This document shows, piece after piece, positions 13,131 through 24,745 of a DNA stretch of 64,000 nucleotides. The stretch comes from the human T2T-CHM13v2.0 reference genome, Homo sapiens. The number at the start of each line of letters is the position of its first letter. Position 1 is the first letter of the stretch. The DNA is taken from the NCBI RefSeq assembly GCF_009914755.1, contig NC_060938.1. One strand, given 5' to 3'. Below the pieces are notes generated by a model. The model ran no database searches and was not told where the DNA came from. It saw nothing but the letters and a program-made list of their open reading frames with translations. Position numbers and translations under genes: made by a program.

Positions 13131-13343
13131 CATGGGGTACAGAATTATATTGCAGATACAGACAGCAGCTCATGCCAATGCTGTGTGGTAAGAGAAAGCA
13201 CAGGGCTATTGAAAGAATGAACAAGGGTAAGGGCACTGGCACCCAGAGGGCAAGGAAGAGTACAGGTGGGATGAATCCAGAGTGGGAGGTGGAGACTACC
13301 ACCAGGCTATGCAGGACCTTATAACCACTTTAAAAATTTGAGA

Positions 13344-13650
13344 AGTCTGGGTGCAGTGGCTCATGCCTGTAATCCCAGCACTTTGGGAGGCCAAGGCGGG
13401 CAGATCACGAAGTCAGGAGATTGAGACCATCCTGGCTAACATGGTGAAACCCCATCTCTACTAAAAATACAAAAAATTAGCTGGGCATGGTGGCAGGCGT
13501 CTGTAGTCCCAGCTATTCAGGAGACTAAGGCAGGAGAATGGCATGAACCTGGGAGGCAGAGCTTGCAGTGAGCCGAGATTGCACCACTGCACTCCAGCCT
13601 GGGTGACAGAGCAAGACTCCATCTAAAAAAAAAAAAAAAAAAAAAAAAAA
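13344..13650 (+). mobile_element. AluY/Sc-type
   Basis: Diagnostic GAGACCATCCTGGCTAAC, GAATGGCATGAACC and GAGCTTGCAG; A26 tail; approximate TSD AAAAA(T)TTGAGA. Confidence 0.93.
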
Positions 13651-13656
13651 TTGAGA

Positions 13657-13901
13657 GATAGGAGGGTCACTTGAGGCCAGGAGTTCAAGACCAGCCTGGG
13701 CAACATAGCAAGAACCCATCTCTACAAAAAAATAGAAAAAAATTATTTGGGTATGGTGATGCAAACCTGTAGTCTCAGCTACTCAGGAGGCTGAGGGTGG
13801 GAAGATCACTTGTGTCCATGAGTTCGAGGCTGCAGTAAGCTGGTATTGTGCCACTGCACTCCAGCCTGGGCAACAGAGTGAGACCCTGTCTTTTAAAAAA
13901 A
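13657..13901 (+). mobile_element. AluJ, 5'-truncated
   Basis: CCTGGGCAACATAGCAAGA, GAGTTCGAGGCTGCAGT and GAGACCCTGTCT. Confidence 0.9.
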
Positions 13902-14392
13902 TGAGGGTTTTATTCAAAGAACAATGGAAAATCATTGATGGGTTTTAAGCAGTAAACATGAAGGGAACACATTTGTGGTTTGCAAAGATTGCTTTAGTGC
14001 CTTTGGAGAGGAGTGGTAGTAAGATCATCCAGGGTGCTATTGTTCCCAGGTGAAAGATGCAATAATTCAGGTGGACCCCTTAAAGAAAGAGATATGGATG
14101 AGTTCTAGAGATGTGGAAGAGGCAGAATCAATAGAACTTGGTATTGATTGAATATGGTGTGGGGGCAGGGTTATTAGCATGGCCCCTAGATTTCTAGCCT
14201 GCTGAGTAGGATGAATGGTCACACCATTCACTGAGATAGAAAGCTGAGATAAAACAAGATTTAGGAGGAAAGTTGACTTTTACTTTGGACAGGTTGAATT
14301 CAAAGTATAGTATGGTGTCATAAAGTAAGCTGTTGTTACATAGCCTAAAAATGAGTGGATTTTTAAAAGGTCAAGATGGGCAGAAGTAGAGC

Positions 14393-14898
14393 ATTCCAGT
14401 TATCTAACATTGCATGATAAAGTCCCAACAGTTATGGCTTAAAACAACATTTACTGTGCTCATTAATCTGAATTTTGGCAAGGCTTGGTGGATAGCTTAT
14501 CTCCGCACCACTTGGTGTCAGCTGGGGGAGCCTGAGGCTGGGGTTGGAATCATAAGACAGCTTGCTCACTCAAATGTATGGCAGTTGATGCTGGCTGTTG
14601 GCCGAACTTGAGCAGGGGTTGTGGCTGGAGCACCTACTCGTGTCCTTTACATGTGGCTGCTTAGCTTCTTCAGAGCTTGGTCTGCTGGGTTTCAAGGTGA
14701 GTGTCACAAGAATAAAGTGAGAGCCAGACAGAGACTATCACCTTTCATGACCTCGCCTCAGAAGTCATCTAGCATCACTTCCATGGCATTCTGTTCATTA
14801 GACATGGCCCAGCCATATTCAGGGTAAGGGGAATTAGAGTTCACTCTTCAATGGGGGGAGTGTTGAAGAATTTGACAACATGTTTTAAAACCACCACA
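14393..14898 (-). mobile_element. MLT1G/H-type LTR (MaLR)
   Basis: GGCTTAAAACAAC near the start; ends TTTTAAAACCACCACA. Confidence 0.8.
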
Positions 14899-15507
14899 TG
14901 GCGGGGCAGAGAAGAAATCAGTTATCATTCCAGCTGGAAGGAACAGGTTGAAACGGGAAGGTAGAAATTATATTCAATAGAAGTGGAGTGGTTGCTGTTG
15001 GCTGGCCTGGAGCATGTATGAAGGGTTATGAACAGTGTGAAATATAGGTTAAAGGAACGTTTGGGACCAAATTATGGTGGAGCCCAAATTTCCTGAAACC
15101 CATTATTTTGAATCTGGAAACAAATTGTCAGAGAGGAATACAAATCAGATTTATTAAATAAAGATAAAAAGTAGAAGCAAACAGTGACTGGCATGGGATA
15201 GGAATAATTCTACTTGCTGATAAAATAATTCATGCCAATTTTGGGGTGTCTAGTCTACAGATTTGGGGTCATATATCTCCAAATTTAAATTGTAGACATA
15301 TTCAAATGTCTTTAGTTGGGCTTTGTACCTTATGCCAGTCAAAAACATGAGTCAAAAAAATCATGCCTGTATGGTTCCCTTCGGAGGTATCTCTCCTTTA
15401 TCCTTTAGCAGATTAAGATAAGAATCTTGGTCTTTTTGATCCTGGCTGTGGCTTCAAATTTTTCCCATCTTACTATTGGGCTACCCAAAAGGACTGCATC
15501 AGACAAG

Positions 15508-15946
15508 ACTGGTGAGTTGAATAGTGTTCCTCCCAAATTCACGTCTACCTGGAACCTCAGAATGTTACTTTATATGGAAATAGGAACTTTGTAGATGTAA
15601 TTAGTTAAGGTTCTTGAGATGAAATCATCCTGGATTTAGGGTGGGCCCTGAATCCAATTATTGTTGTCATTAAGAAATTGAGAAGGCACAGAGACAAAGC
15701 AAAGAAGCCCATGGGGAGATGCAGAAGCTGACCTTGGAGTTATGCATCTAGAACCAAGGAATGCCAGGAGCACCAGAAGCTGGAAGAGGCAAGAAAGGAT
15801 TCTTCCCTAGAGCCTTCAGAGGGAGCGTGACCCTGTCAACACCTTGATTCCAGACTTCGGGCCTCTAAAACTCAGAGAGAATAAATTTCTGTTTTAAGCC
15901 ACGTAGTTTGTGGCAACTTCTTATGGCAGTCCTAGGAAATTATACA
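15508..15946 (+). mobile_element. MLT1C-type LTR (MaLR)
   Basis: GGAACCTCAGAATG, CCAAGGAATGCCA, AGAATAAATTTCTGTTTTAAGCC and CTAGGAAATTATACA end. Confidence 0.85.
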
Positions 15947-15967
15947 CGAAGTTAGAGCCAGGCATGA

Positions 15968-16371
15968 TGTATTAGTCCATTCTCACACTGCTATAAAAAA
16001 TTACCTGAGACTGGGTAATTTGTAAAGAAAAGAGGATCCCCAGGCTCTATGGAAAGCATGCCTGGGGAGACTTCAGGAAACTTACAATCATGGCAGAAGG
16101 TTAAGGGGAAGCAGGCACGTCTTACATAGCCCAAGCAGAAGGAAGAGAAATTGCTGCGAGGTGCTACATACTTCTAAACAACCAGATCTCGTAAGAACTC
16201 ACTCACTGCCAAGAGAACAGCAAGGGGGAAATCCACCCCTACCACCCAGTCACCTCCCACCAGGCCCTCCTCCACATTGATCCAATCACCTCCTACCAGG
16301 CCCCTCTTTCAACCTTGGGGATTACAATTTGACATGAGATTTGGGTAGGGACGCAAATCCAATCCATGTCA
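15968..16371 (-). mobile_element. MSTA-type LTR (MaLR)
   Basis: TGTATTAGTCCATTCTCACACTGCTATAAA start; GAGATTTGGGTAGGGACGCAAATCCAA end. Confidence 0.88.
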
Positions 16372-17434
16372 CGTGGAAAATATGGGTGTTGGTTTGCCAG
16401 ATGCCAAACAGAAACAACATTTGATCTGTTGATAATTGTGTATCCTCTTTATCAGGTCTATCTTAAGGAAATCAGAGAGTAGAGCATATTTTCTTCATGG
16501 AATGGTGAGACACATATTAGCCTGAGACAGGAGCTAAGGAGAGTGAGTGGTGGGCTCCACCAAAGTGCCTTCATACAACTACACTGGTAGGTGATCAGAA
16601 CAAAGGGACACGTAGAACGAAGACCCGGGTGTGTAACCCAAATGCCTAACAAAGTCCATTCAATGTATGAGGTGTTGCTGCTGTGTGCTGAAGGAGGAAA
16701 CCTGGGTCTTAGTCTCTGTTATGGTAAATAGAGAAGAAATCAAGCCTTCCTACGACAATAGGGGATTTTTAATGAAGTAAAGGAGACAGAAGAAATGTCC
16801 CAAAGGAGAATGAAGTATGTCAAAAACAGATTGCGCATGTAATTACTTTCTCAGGCCTTCCTGACATTATCAGCAGGACTTGTGTTTTGATGAAAAAACT
16901 TAATTAAAACTTAATTTTTTTAAGTGGAAAATATTCAGCATGGTTACAGGAAGACTGAAATCAGGGCACTGTGTAATTTTAATTGCCTTCGAGAGATGCA
17001 CTTCACGTGAAGACTAGCATGGGGGAAAAAAGCTAGAGGCACAAAGTCTGAGGGGAGTGGCCACGCTGAATCTCTAGCTGTGTGCTTGGGCGCCATTTTC
17101 CCCACTCTTACAGTTGACGGGATGGCATCTCAGGTTTCACGTGTAGGGGAGGAGAGTGGGTCTGTTCTGGAGTGTGCCGGTCAGGCCATACTTGGCATAC
17201 ACATTGTAGAAAGTGTCTTGATTTTTATTCTCCTAAAAAGGGTAAAAAGAGATTGAGGAGATTACATATCCCATGAGGCAGCAGTTTTTAAATGCCACTC
17301 TCTGGATCAGTTCTATCAGAACCATCTGGTTCTGATTCATTTAATCTGTTTTAGGACCTGTGCACAGTGTTTCTATTTTAAAAATAAACCTGTCCTACTC
17401 ATTCTTGGAGTCAGGTGTGGGAACTACAGGTTTT

Positions 17435-17630
17435 TAATGGAAGAAACATGAACTTGAAAATGAGTAAATATGGGCTACGTCCTTTACTTCCCAAGGAGAT
17501 TTGGGTTGACTGCTTAGTTTCCTCCATCAAATGGGGATAATATGCTTATTTGATGGGGTTTTGTGAAAATAAAAGATAACACAGGTAAAGTGACTGACAC
17601 ATACAGTTAAGTGGTCTAAAAATGATAAAA
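17435..17630 (+). mobile_element. MIR
   Basis: CTTAGTTTCCTCCATCAAATGGGGATAATA core. Confidence 0.6.
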
Positions 17631-17679
17631 CTGTAGAAGAAGAGTTGGATCAGGCTGCTTGCTAAATTGGGAAGGGATA

Positions 17680-18000
17680 AGGTAGTGTTCTTCAGATATT
17701 TCAAGGGCAGCTGCATGAGAGAGAGAGAGAGAGAGAGAGAGTGTGTGTGTGTGTGTGTGTGTGTGTGCGCATGCAGCCTTTAGAGGTCAGACTCAAGTCC
17801 AGCAGGTAGAAGTTATAGGGAGATAAATTTCAACGCAACAGAAAGTGGAACTGTCTAGTGAATGGTCCAGGGATGTCATCAGTTTGCTCCAGAGGGTAGT
17901 ACGTTCCAAATCACTGGAGCAATTAAAGCAGCTGCCATATTTTGAGGATGTACAGGGCTGTGGGGCAGCAATTGAATGAGACCACTTGGTTCAGCTCTGT
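17680..18000 (+). mobile_element. L3/CR1 LINE 3' fragment
   Basis: TCTTCAGATATTTCAAGGGC, GTAGAAGTTATAGGGAGATAAATTTC and TCACTGGAG..TTAAAGCAG motifs. Confidence 0.6.
17717..17775. repeat. Compound microsatellite (GA)12(GT)13
   Basis: Direct observation. Confidence 0.97.
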
Positions 18001-18273
18001 AATAGGGTTTCTGGCTTCCTGTGGGGCTGTGGCTGACATACAGTTGTTTTGTAAACTAACAACACTTGAAGAAGGTTTTAGCAGAAAACGTTTACCAGTA
18101 AGATATGTCAGGTCAAGTACACTGTTTTAGGTATTCTTTACTGGGGACATTCTTGTGACCTTCATCCCAGGCCTTTCAGAAAAGGGATGGGGCATATTTA
18201 GAAGTTATTAATGACTGAGAAGCTCCTCTGGCACTTCAGGGGAGGGAACTAGAGCTATAAAATGTCCTGTGAT

Positions 18274-18598
18274 TGTTCTAGGACTTTCTCCTTAGTTTAG
18301 CTAACATCTGGGTCCTTGTCACACGGCTATGAAATATTAGGCTTACAGACACTTTGAAGGGTGAGAAAAATGGAATTTATTGGGTAAAAAGGAAAAAAAG
18401 GGAAACAGGGATGCTCTGCAGAGCCAGATTCCTGCTAGTGTGCTTCCTGCCTCACAGACTGAATCCCAGGTACCACCCAGGAAGAGGAGGGGCCAGGCTC
18501 CTCCCCACTGCAAATGGCATGAACTTCCCAAGACCCCTCCCCCAGTGTGCAGGCCACTTGGAGGTTCTCTGGTGACCCCTTTATATTTGGCTGTCTCA
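18274..18598 (-). mobile_element. MER61(A)-type solo LTR (ERV1)
   Basis: TGTTCTAGGACTTTCTCCTTAGTTTAGCTAA...TTGGCTGTCTCA termini; near 4-bp TSD TGAT/TTAT. Confidence 0.75.
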
Positions 18599-19001
18599 TT
18601 ATGAATGGGACAGGAGTGCGAAATTATCCCACTTCAAATGTCACTTGCTCTCTGTTGGGAAACCCTATACCTCACTGAAGCCCAGATGATCTCCCTGAAC
18701 CAGCCTTTGAGGGTCCTTTTTGGAGCCCTTTGGAAACCTGGTATTGGATGGGTTGGGTTACAGGGCTGCTCAGCCTGACAGCCTCGCATTATCTGGTGAC
18801 CACAGAGTTTAAAGCAGAACATTGGGAAGAAGGTAGACTGGGCCAGTTGCACAAAGCAGAGTGTGAAGAGTGATGGGAGATGAAGGCTGTTTGCCTGCTT
18901 TTCACTGGGGACCAGATTTGGATGGATGCTGGTCCAATATGAGTGACACAGTTAACTTATCAGTGAGATCCCTCATTCTTCTCATCAGTGAGATAGCTGG
19001 G

Positions 19002-20024
19002 TATTGGGGGAACCTGCCCCCAGTATTTCAATGTAGGTTCTTTCTATTTTCCATAATATCAGCTGGCTGAGAAATAAAGAGAAAGAGTACAAAGAGAGGA
19101 ATTTTACACCTGGGCCGCCGGGGGTGACATCACATATCGGTAGGACCTTGATGCCTGCCCAAGCCTTGAAACCAGCAAGTTTTTATTAAGGATTTCAAAA
19201 GGGGAGGGGGTGTACGACCAGGGAGTAGGTACAAAGATCACATGCTTCAAAGGGCAAAAGGTAGAACAAAGATCATATGCTTCTGGGGAAACAGAACAAA
19301 GGGCAAAAGGCAGAACTCCTGATAAGGGTCTATGTTCAGTGGTGCACGTATTATCTTGATAAACATCTTAAACAACAGAAAACAGAGTTCGAGAGCAGAG
19401 AACTGGTCTGACCAAAAATTTACCAGGGTGGAGTTTCCCAATCCTAGTAAGCCTGAAGTTACTGCAGGAGACCAGGGCGTATCTCAGTCCTTATCTCAAC
19501 CGCATAGGACAGACATTCCCAGAGCGGCCGTTTATAGACCTCGCCCCAGGAATGCATTCGTTTCCTAGCGTATTAATATTAATATTCCTTGCTAGGAAAA
19601 TAATTTAGTGATATCTCTCCTACTTGCACAACCGTTTATAGGCTCTCGGCAAGAAGAAAAATATGTCTCTTTTTGCCTGACCCCGCAGGCAGTCAGACCT
19701 TATGGTTGTCTTCCCTTGTTCCCTAAAAGTCGCTGTTATTCTGTTCTTTTTCAAGGTACACTGATTTCATATTGTTCAAACACACGTTTTACAATCAATT
19801 TGTGCAGTTAACACAATTATCACAGTGATCCTGAGGTGATGTACCTCCTCAGCTTATGAAGATAACGGTATTAAGAGATTAAAGTAAAGACAGGTATGAA
19901 TTATAAAAGTATTAATTTGGGAACTGATACATGTCCATATTAAAATGAAATCTTCACAATTTATGTTCCTCTGCTGTGGCTCCAGCCAGTCCCTCTGTTT
20001 GGGGGGGGTCCCTGACTTCCAACA
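19002..20024 (-). mobile_element. MER11 solo LTR (HERV-K HML-8, ERVK)
   Basis: Ends GGGGTCCCTGACTTCCAACA; internal repeats AACAAAGATCACATGCTTC; perfect 6-bp TSD GCTGGG. Confidence 0.92.
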
Positions 20025-21434
20025 GCTGGGGACCACTTAATCAGGGTAAGGGCAGTAGTTTGTGTTCACAGTTTGATCTCCCTGCATGGTGCTAACCAGG
20101 CTGCATGGGGATCTAATGTCTGACTTTGGCCACGGCATCAGGCTCCAGCCAACTGACGTGAAAGCAAGTTTCCAAATCGTCTCTTTCTAAATAGATAAAT
20201 GATACTCAGTGTTCCTTTAGCCTTCCTTATTTTTTGCAAATGCCTGTCCCCAGTGGTTCTGTTGTTTGCTCTGATTGCCGTTTTCCCCAGTAAGTGGGAA
20301 AACCCCACATCTTTTCCCCATCAGTATTCCCTAATGAGGCTTGTTCCCTCAAGGGGACCTTGATGAGTTACAACAGCATGACCATGTTCCCAAGCAGCAT
20401 GCTAAGAAAAACAATCCCCAGTGATGCCCTGCAGGCACCATTTAGGAGCGGGCGGTAATGAATCCCTGAGAGAATTCAGTCCTCCGTATGAAGGTGATCC
20501 AGAGTGAAGTAAACAATTTCACCGTTAGGTGGTTCACCCTGCATGCCTCATTGCTGGCTTTCTGGAAAGCCAGTAAATAAGGCAGAAAAAATGTATCATT
20601 CCCTCCAGAGTGCAGGGTCCCCTGTCACCCACACAGGACTCCTGCCTGTCACTTTGAGTCACAGCTGGGCTTTCTGGAACCCGGATTCTTGTCTCTGGTT
20701 AGCTCAGGTCTTGCAGCCATGCCAAATCCAAACTGTGACATTGTCTGAACAGTAGGGCATCCTGTTCCCTGGTTTGGCTGAGCTCTGCGGAGCAGAACAG
20801 TGGCCGAGGTTAACATCAGATAATTTCCTCCACCATTCCTGAGTACCCTGAGGGCTTGTTACCTGGAATCAAAGACTTGTCAGAACTCAAGATGACCTTA
20901 AAGGCCAGCTTATTCAACCTCCCACCCAGGATATGACTTCCAGAACTAACCACCCACAATGCAGATTAGTAATATCATACGTGGTTACTCAATGCAATTG
21001 TGTCATTTCAGGAGAAATGACCTGTTACCAAAGTGTCATGAAACCCACATTAATGAGCTGGGCTGTAGTGGAGGTTTACTTTGATTTCTGACCTTAATTA
21101 TTAGTGGTTTGGATTCTTTACGTTTATGATGGATTTTCTGATTACCAATTATGATTCACTGTAAGCCATTTTTAAAAATATGACATGAAGCTCTGACCCA
21201 CTTTTAACAACACAGTGGCAAATGCCAAACAATTGGCAATTTCCCCTTCTAATATCAGCTGTTTGAATCATCACATCTACTGTGGTGGCTGGGGACCACT
21301 TTATCTTCATTCTCTGGCTTCAGTATTCTTTTCTGGTATTGTCATTACTGACCTAGGTGCATATCTGTACTAGGCTGGGACCTCAGCTCTATGCCAGTGA
21401 GAAAATGAGGTTCAACTGGGAAAACGGCCTGGAG

Positions 21435-21612
21435 CAGTTGCTCTCAGGCTTGTCTGCAGATTAGAATCACCTGTAGACTTTTAAAAAATACTGACACTTG
21501 GGTTCCGCTCTTGGAAATTCTAATGGATCTGGGGTGCAGCCTGGGCATCTGGAATTTTACAGTCTACCTGAGTAATTCCAATGAGCAGGTGGGTGGCCTT
21601 GCAAACCGGGGT
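21435..21612. mobile_element. MER5A/B (hAT-Charlie)
   Basis: ATTAGAATCACCTG...TCTGGGGTGCAGCCTGGGCATCTG. Confidence 0.7.
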
Positions 21613-21658
21613 CTGAAGGGGCTGGTCAGCAAGGAGTATGGGCAAAATAGTGCTGGCT

Positions 21659-21970
21659 GGCTGGGCGCAGTGGCTTACGCCTGTGATCCCAGCATTTGGG
21701 AGGCTGAGGCAGGAGGATCATGAGGTCAAGAGTTCGAGAACAGCCTGGCCAACATGGTGAAACCTTGTCTCTACTAAAGATACAAAAAATTAGCTGGGCG
21801 TGGTGGCACGGGCCTGTAATCCCAGCTACTTGGGAAGCTGAGGCAGGAGAATCACTTGAACCCAGGAGGCAGAGGTTGCAGTGAGCCAAGATCCCACTTG
21901 GCTGCCACTGCACTCCAGCCTGGGTGACAGGGTGAGACTCCATCTCAAAAAAAAAAAAAAAAAAAAAAAA
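21659..21970 (+). mobile_element. AluS (Sg-like)
   Basis: Full Alu; TSD AAAATAGTG(C/G)TGGC. Confidence 0.95.
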
Positions 21971-23324
21971 ATAGTGGTGGCCAAGGGGTGTTTATAAAAC
22001 AGAGTTGTGATACATGTTCATACATTCACCTTTGAGGTCTGATTTGGTGGTAGCAGGAGTTTCAGGGGAAATGTTTACTGATCAGGTTGATGAGTGTCCA
22101 GGGACAAGATGTGTCTGCTAAGAGTTAGATTGATGGCAAAGATTGGGCAGATTGATAGTTCTCTAGCAAATAAGATGAGATCTGCTATTTCAGCAGGAAA
22201 CAAGTAAGGAAGTTGAACAAAAAGCTAGTGGTATGGGCCATGTCCACAAGCTGTGGTTAAAGGCAAAGGCTGAAGCCTGATTGGCGTGCCCACACTGGGC
22301 TGGGCACTGTCAGGGACAGCCAGGCTGACTCCAGAGCCTGCCTTCTGGTTGGCTTCTCCCGGCTTAAGTCTGGCCCTGCAGGAAAACCGACAGGAGTTTT
22401 CATGCCAACCAAGACTGAGACAATCAGAGACTGGCAGGTTTGGAACCAGGAGGTCTGGATGGGGAGGTTGGCTCTGAATCTGTTGTCATTATCAGGTGAG
22501 TCATTAGGACCACCTGGAAAAGTGAAGCTGTTCTTCACCTTCTCTTCTTGTGAAAGTGATTCAATCTCCCAAACCCAGGTTGATCATACCCTTTAGGTCT
22601 AATATAGGAAGTGTTGAATTAGGTGATGTCTCTAAAGAACTCTCTCTGGGTTCCTTAGAGAAAAATAGCATTTGAACATTGTGCCTCAGCAGGAAAGAAG
22701 ATGCAATTTAAGTCCTGCACCAAGGCATTCAGGGCTCACCTCAAAGTGGACTCCTAGGAACAAGAAGCAAATGATTCCGTGGAGAGGGTTAGATGTCTGG
22801 CCAATGGAAACGGGGATGTAGTTCAGGTTTTCTAGCCCCAGAAGTTCAGAACCTTTGGGTTCCTCGGTGGACATGTCTGTTACTCGCTTGAAACTAGGGA
22901 AAGTCTCTTGTGTAGAAAACCTGTTGCATGTCCCTTGACTACCAGTAGCAGCAGAGGTGCTATGTGTGGCTGAAGAATTTTCCTCCTTTTTCTGAGAGAT
23001 GATTTCCCAGGTTTCCTTCTCCACAATTCTGTGGGCGTGTACTGCTGTGATAAGATGTTTGTTCTCTGGCTTATAAATTACAAGATATTTTCAGGACCAC
23101 TTGGAAGAAATTGGAACATTTTCCTGGAGGCAGTGGGGGAGCTGCTGGAGGTTTTCGGACAGGCGGGCCACATGCTGAGAGAGGTATTTTGGGAAAATGC
23201 ACTTGGCAGTCATGTGTGGGTGAGGATAATAATATTAATACTTAACCACTGGCTTGTTGGGAAGAGTAAGGGGAACAATGTAAGTGAGTGTAAAGATGCA
23301 GGACCACCATTCCTTTGTTCATTC

Positions 23325-23490
23325 TTTTTTTTTCTTTTTCTTTTTTTATACTTTACATTCTGGGATACATGTGCAGAACGTGCAGGTTTGTTACATAGGT
23401 ATACATGTGCCATGGTGGTTTGCTGCACCCATCAACCTGCCATCTACATTAGGTATTTCTCCTAATGCTATCCCTCCCTTAGCCCCGCAC
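23325..23490 (-). mobile_element. L1PA (PA7/8-like) 3' end, heavily 5'-truncated
   Basis: TTCTGGGATACATGTGCAGAACGTGCAGGTTTGTTACATAGG; TSD TTTGT(T/C)CATTCTTTT. Confidence 0.92.
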
Positions 23491-23554
23491 TTTGTCCATT
23501 CTTTTAGTTTCTCTGAGACCTGGTGCCCCAAGGATACCATCTTCTCCTGACCAG

Positions 23555-23964
23555 TGTATCAGTTTGCGAGAGTTGCCATAAAAAAATAGCACAGACTGGG
23601 TGGCTTCAACAACAGAAATATATTTTCTCATAGTTCTGTAGGTGGGAAGCCTGAGAATGAAAGGCATCGGTAGGGCTGGTCCCTCCTCAGGGCCGCGAGG
23701 GCAGGGTCTATTCCAGGCCTTCCTCCTTGGCTTGTAGATGGTCACCCTCTTCCCTGTCTCTTCATGTCATCATCTCTCTTTGTGTCCGAATTTCTTCTTC
23801 TCGTGAGGACACCAGTCATATTGGATTAGGGCCCACCCTAATGACTGCATTTTAACTTAATTACCTCTGAAAAGATCCTGTCTCCAAAGATGGTCATATG
23901 TGAGATACTGGGGTTAGGACTTCCACATATAATTTTTTGAGGGGATACAATTCAGTCCATAACA
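23555..23964 (-). mobile_element. MLT1B/C LTR (MaLR)
   Basis: TGGATTAGGGCCCACCCTAATGAC; ends ACAATTCAGTCCATAACA; TSD ACCAG/GCCAG. Confidence 0.88.
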
Positions 23965-24321
23965 GCCAGTCTTTTTGAAGACTTTCTCTTTTGGGGGCTT
24001 TACACTTAGGTAATTACAGGATATTTTAAGGGGTATTTCAAGACCCAGCAACCCCCTTCTCCACCCACCATCTCCCCCAAATTATGTTCGTCACCTCCTG
24101 GTACCTGTTATATCATCACTAGAATTGCTTGGTTGAATCAAGTAATGTTTCAAGATAATTTCCGTAAACATGCACTCTTTTTATGTAAGAGGGGTAATAA
24201 TAGAGCCAGTGAAATACTGGATGAATTCATTTACCAAACTACGTAAAAGTACTGATATATGACAACTACTTAGGGAACCTAAGATTTGGGACATAGAGCA
24301 GCCTATTTAGAATATCCGGTA

Positions 24322-24575
24322 TAACATTGCAGGGAATAGCAAGGGCTCTAGAGCTTTCCGCCTGGGTTGAAATCTCAGCTCCACCCTTTTCTTTCTGTGT
24401 GGCATTCAGCAAGTTACTTAACCCACCTGTGATTCTTCCTTCATCTGAACAAGCAGCATAACAATAGCATTTACCTCATGATTCTTTAGAAGGTGAATGA
24501 GCTAATACCTAATATAGTGCTTAGAGTAGTGTCTTGTCTGTGGTTGGCTTTCAATAAATGTTAGCTGCTATTGTT
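24322..24575 (+). mobile_element. MIR
   Basis: CCTGGGTTGAAATCTCAGCTCC...CAAGTTACTTAACC...CAATAAATGTTAGCTGCTATT. Confidence 0.8.
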
Positions 24576-24589
24576 GTTGTTAAACTATT

Positions 24590-24745
24590 TAACAAACTAC
24601 GAAGCACATTCCTATCTGCTTTCTTCTTTGCCCTTGTAACAGCCCTGTGGAGTAGAAGGAGTTAGTTACATTTTACAGATGAAGAGACTGAGGCTCTAAG
24701 ACATTATGCGAACCATCTCAGGGCATATGGCAGTGTTATTCAGAA
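24590..24745 (-). mobile_element. MIR
   Basis: CATTTTACAGATGAAGAGACTGAGGCTC. Confidence 0.7.

Larger units (their letters stand above)
10110..14310 (-). mobile_element. L2 LINE 3' portion, interrupted by Alu/LTR8, a MaLR provirus and two Alus
   Basis: L2 3'-end-like TTCATCCACTCAGCTAATATTTATTG; purine-rich L2 sequence resumes at ~11290-11440, ~13135-13340 and ~13902-14310 (GGAAAATCATTGATGGGTTTTAAGCAG; CATTCACTGAGATAG). Confidence 0.7.

Noticed and set aside
23031-23465. 144-aa ORF
   Set aside because: Non-ATG start and runs through a poly-T tail into antisense L1.
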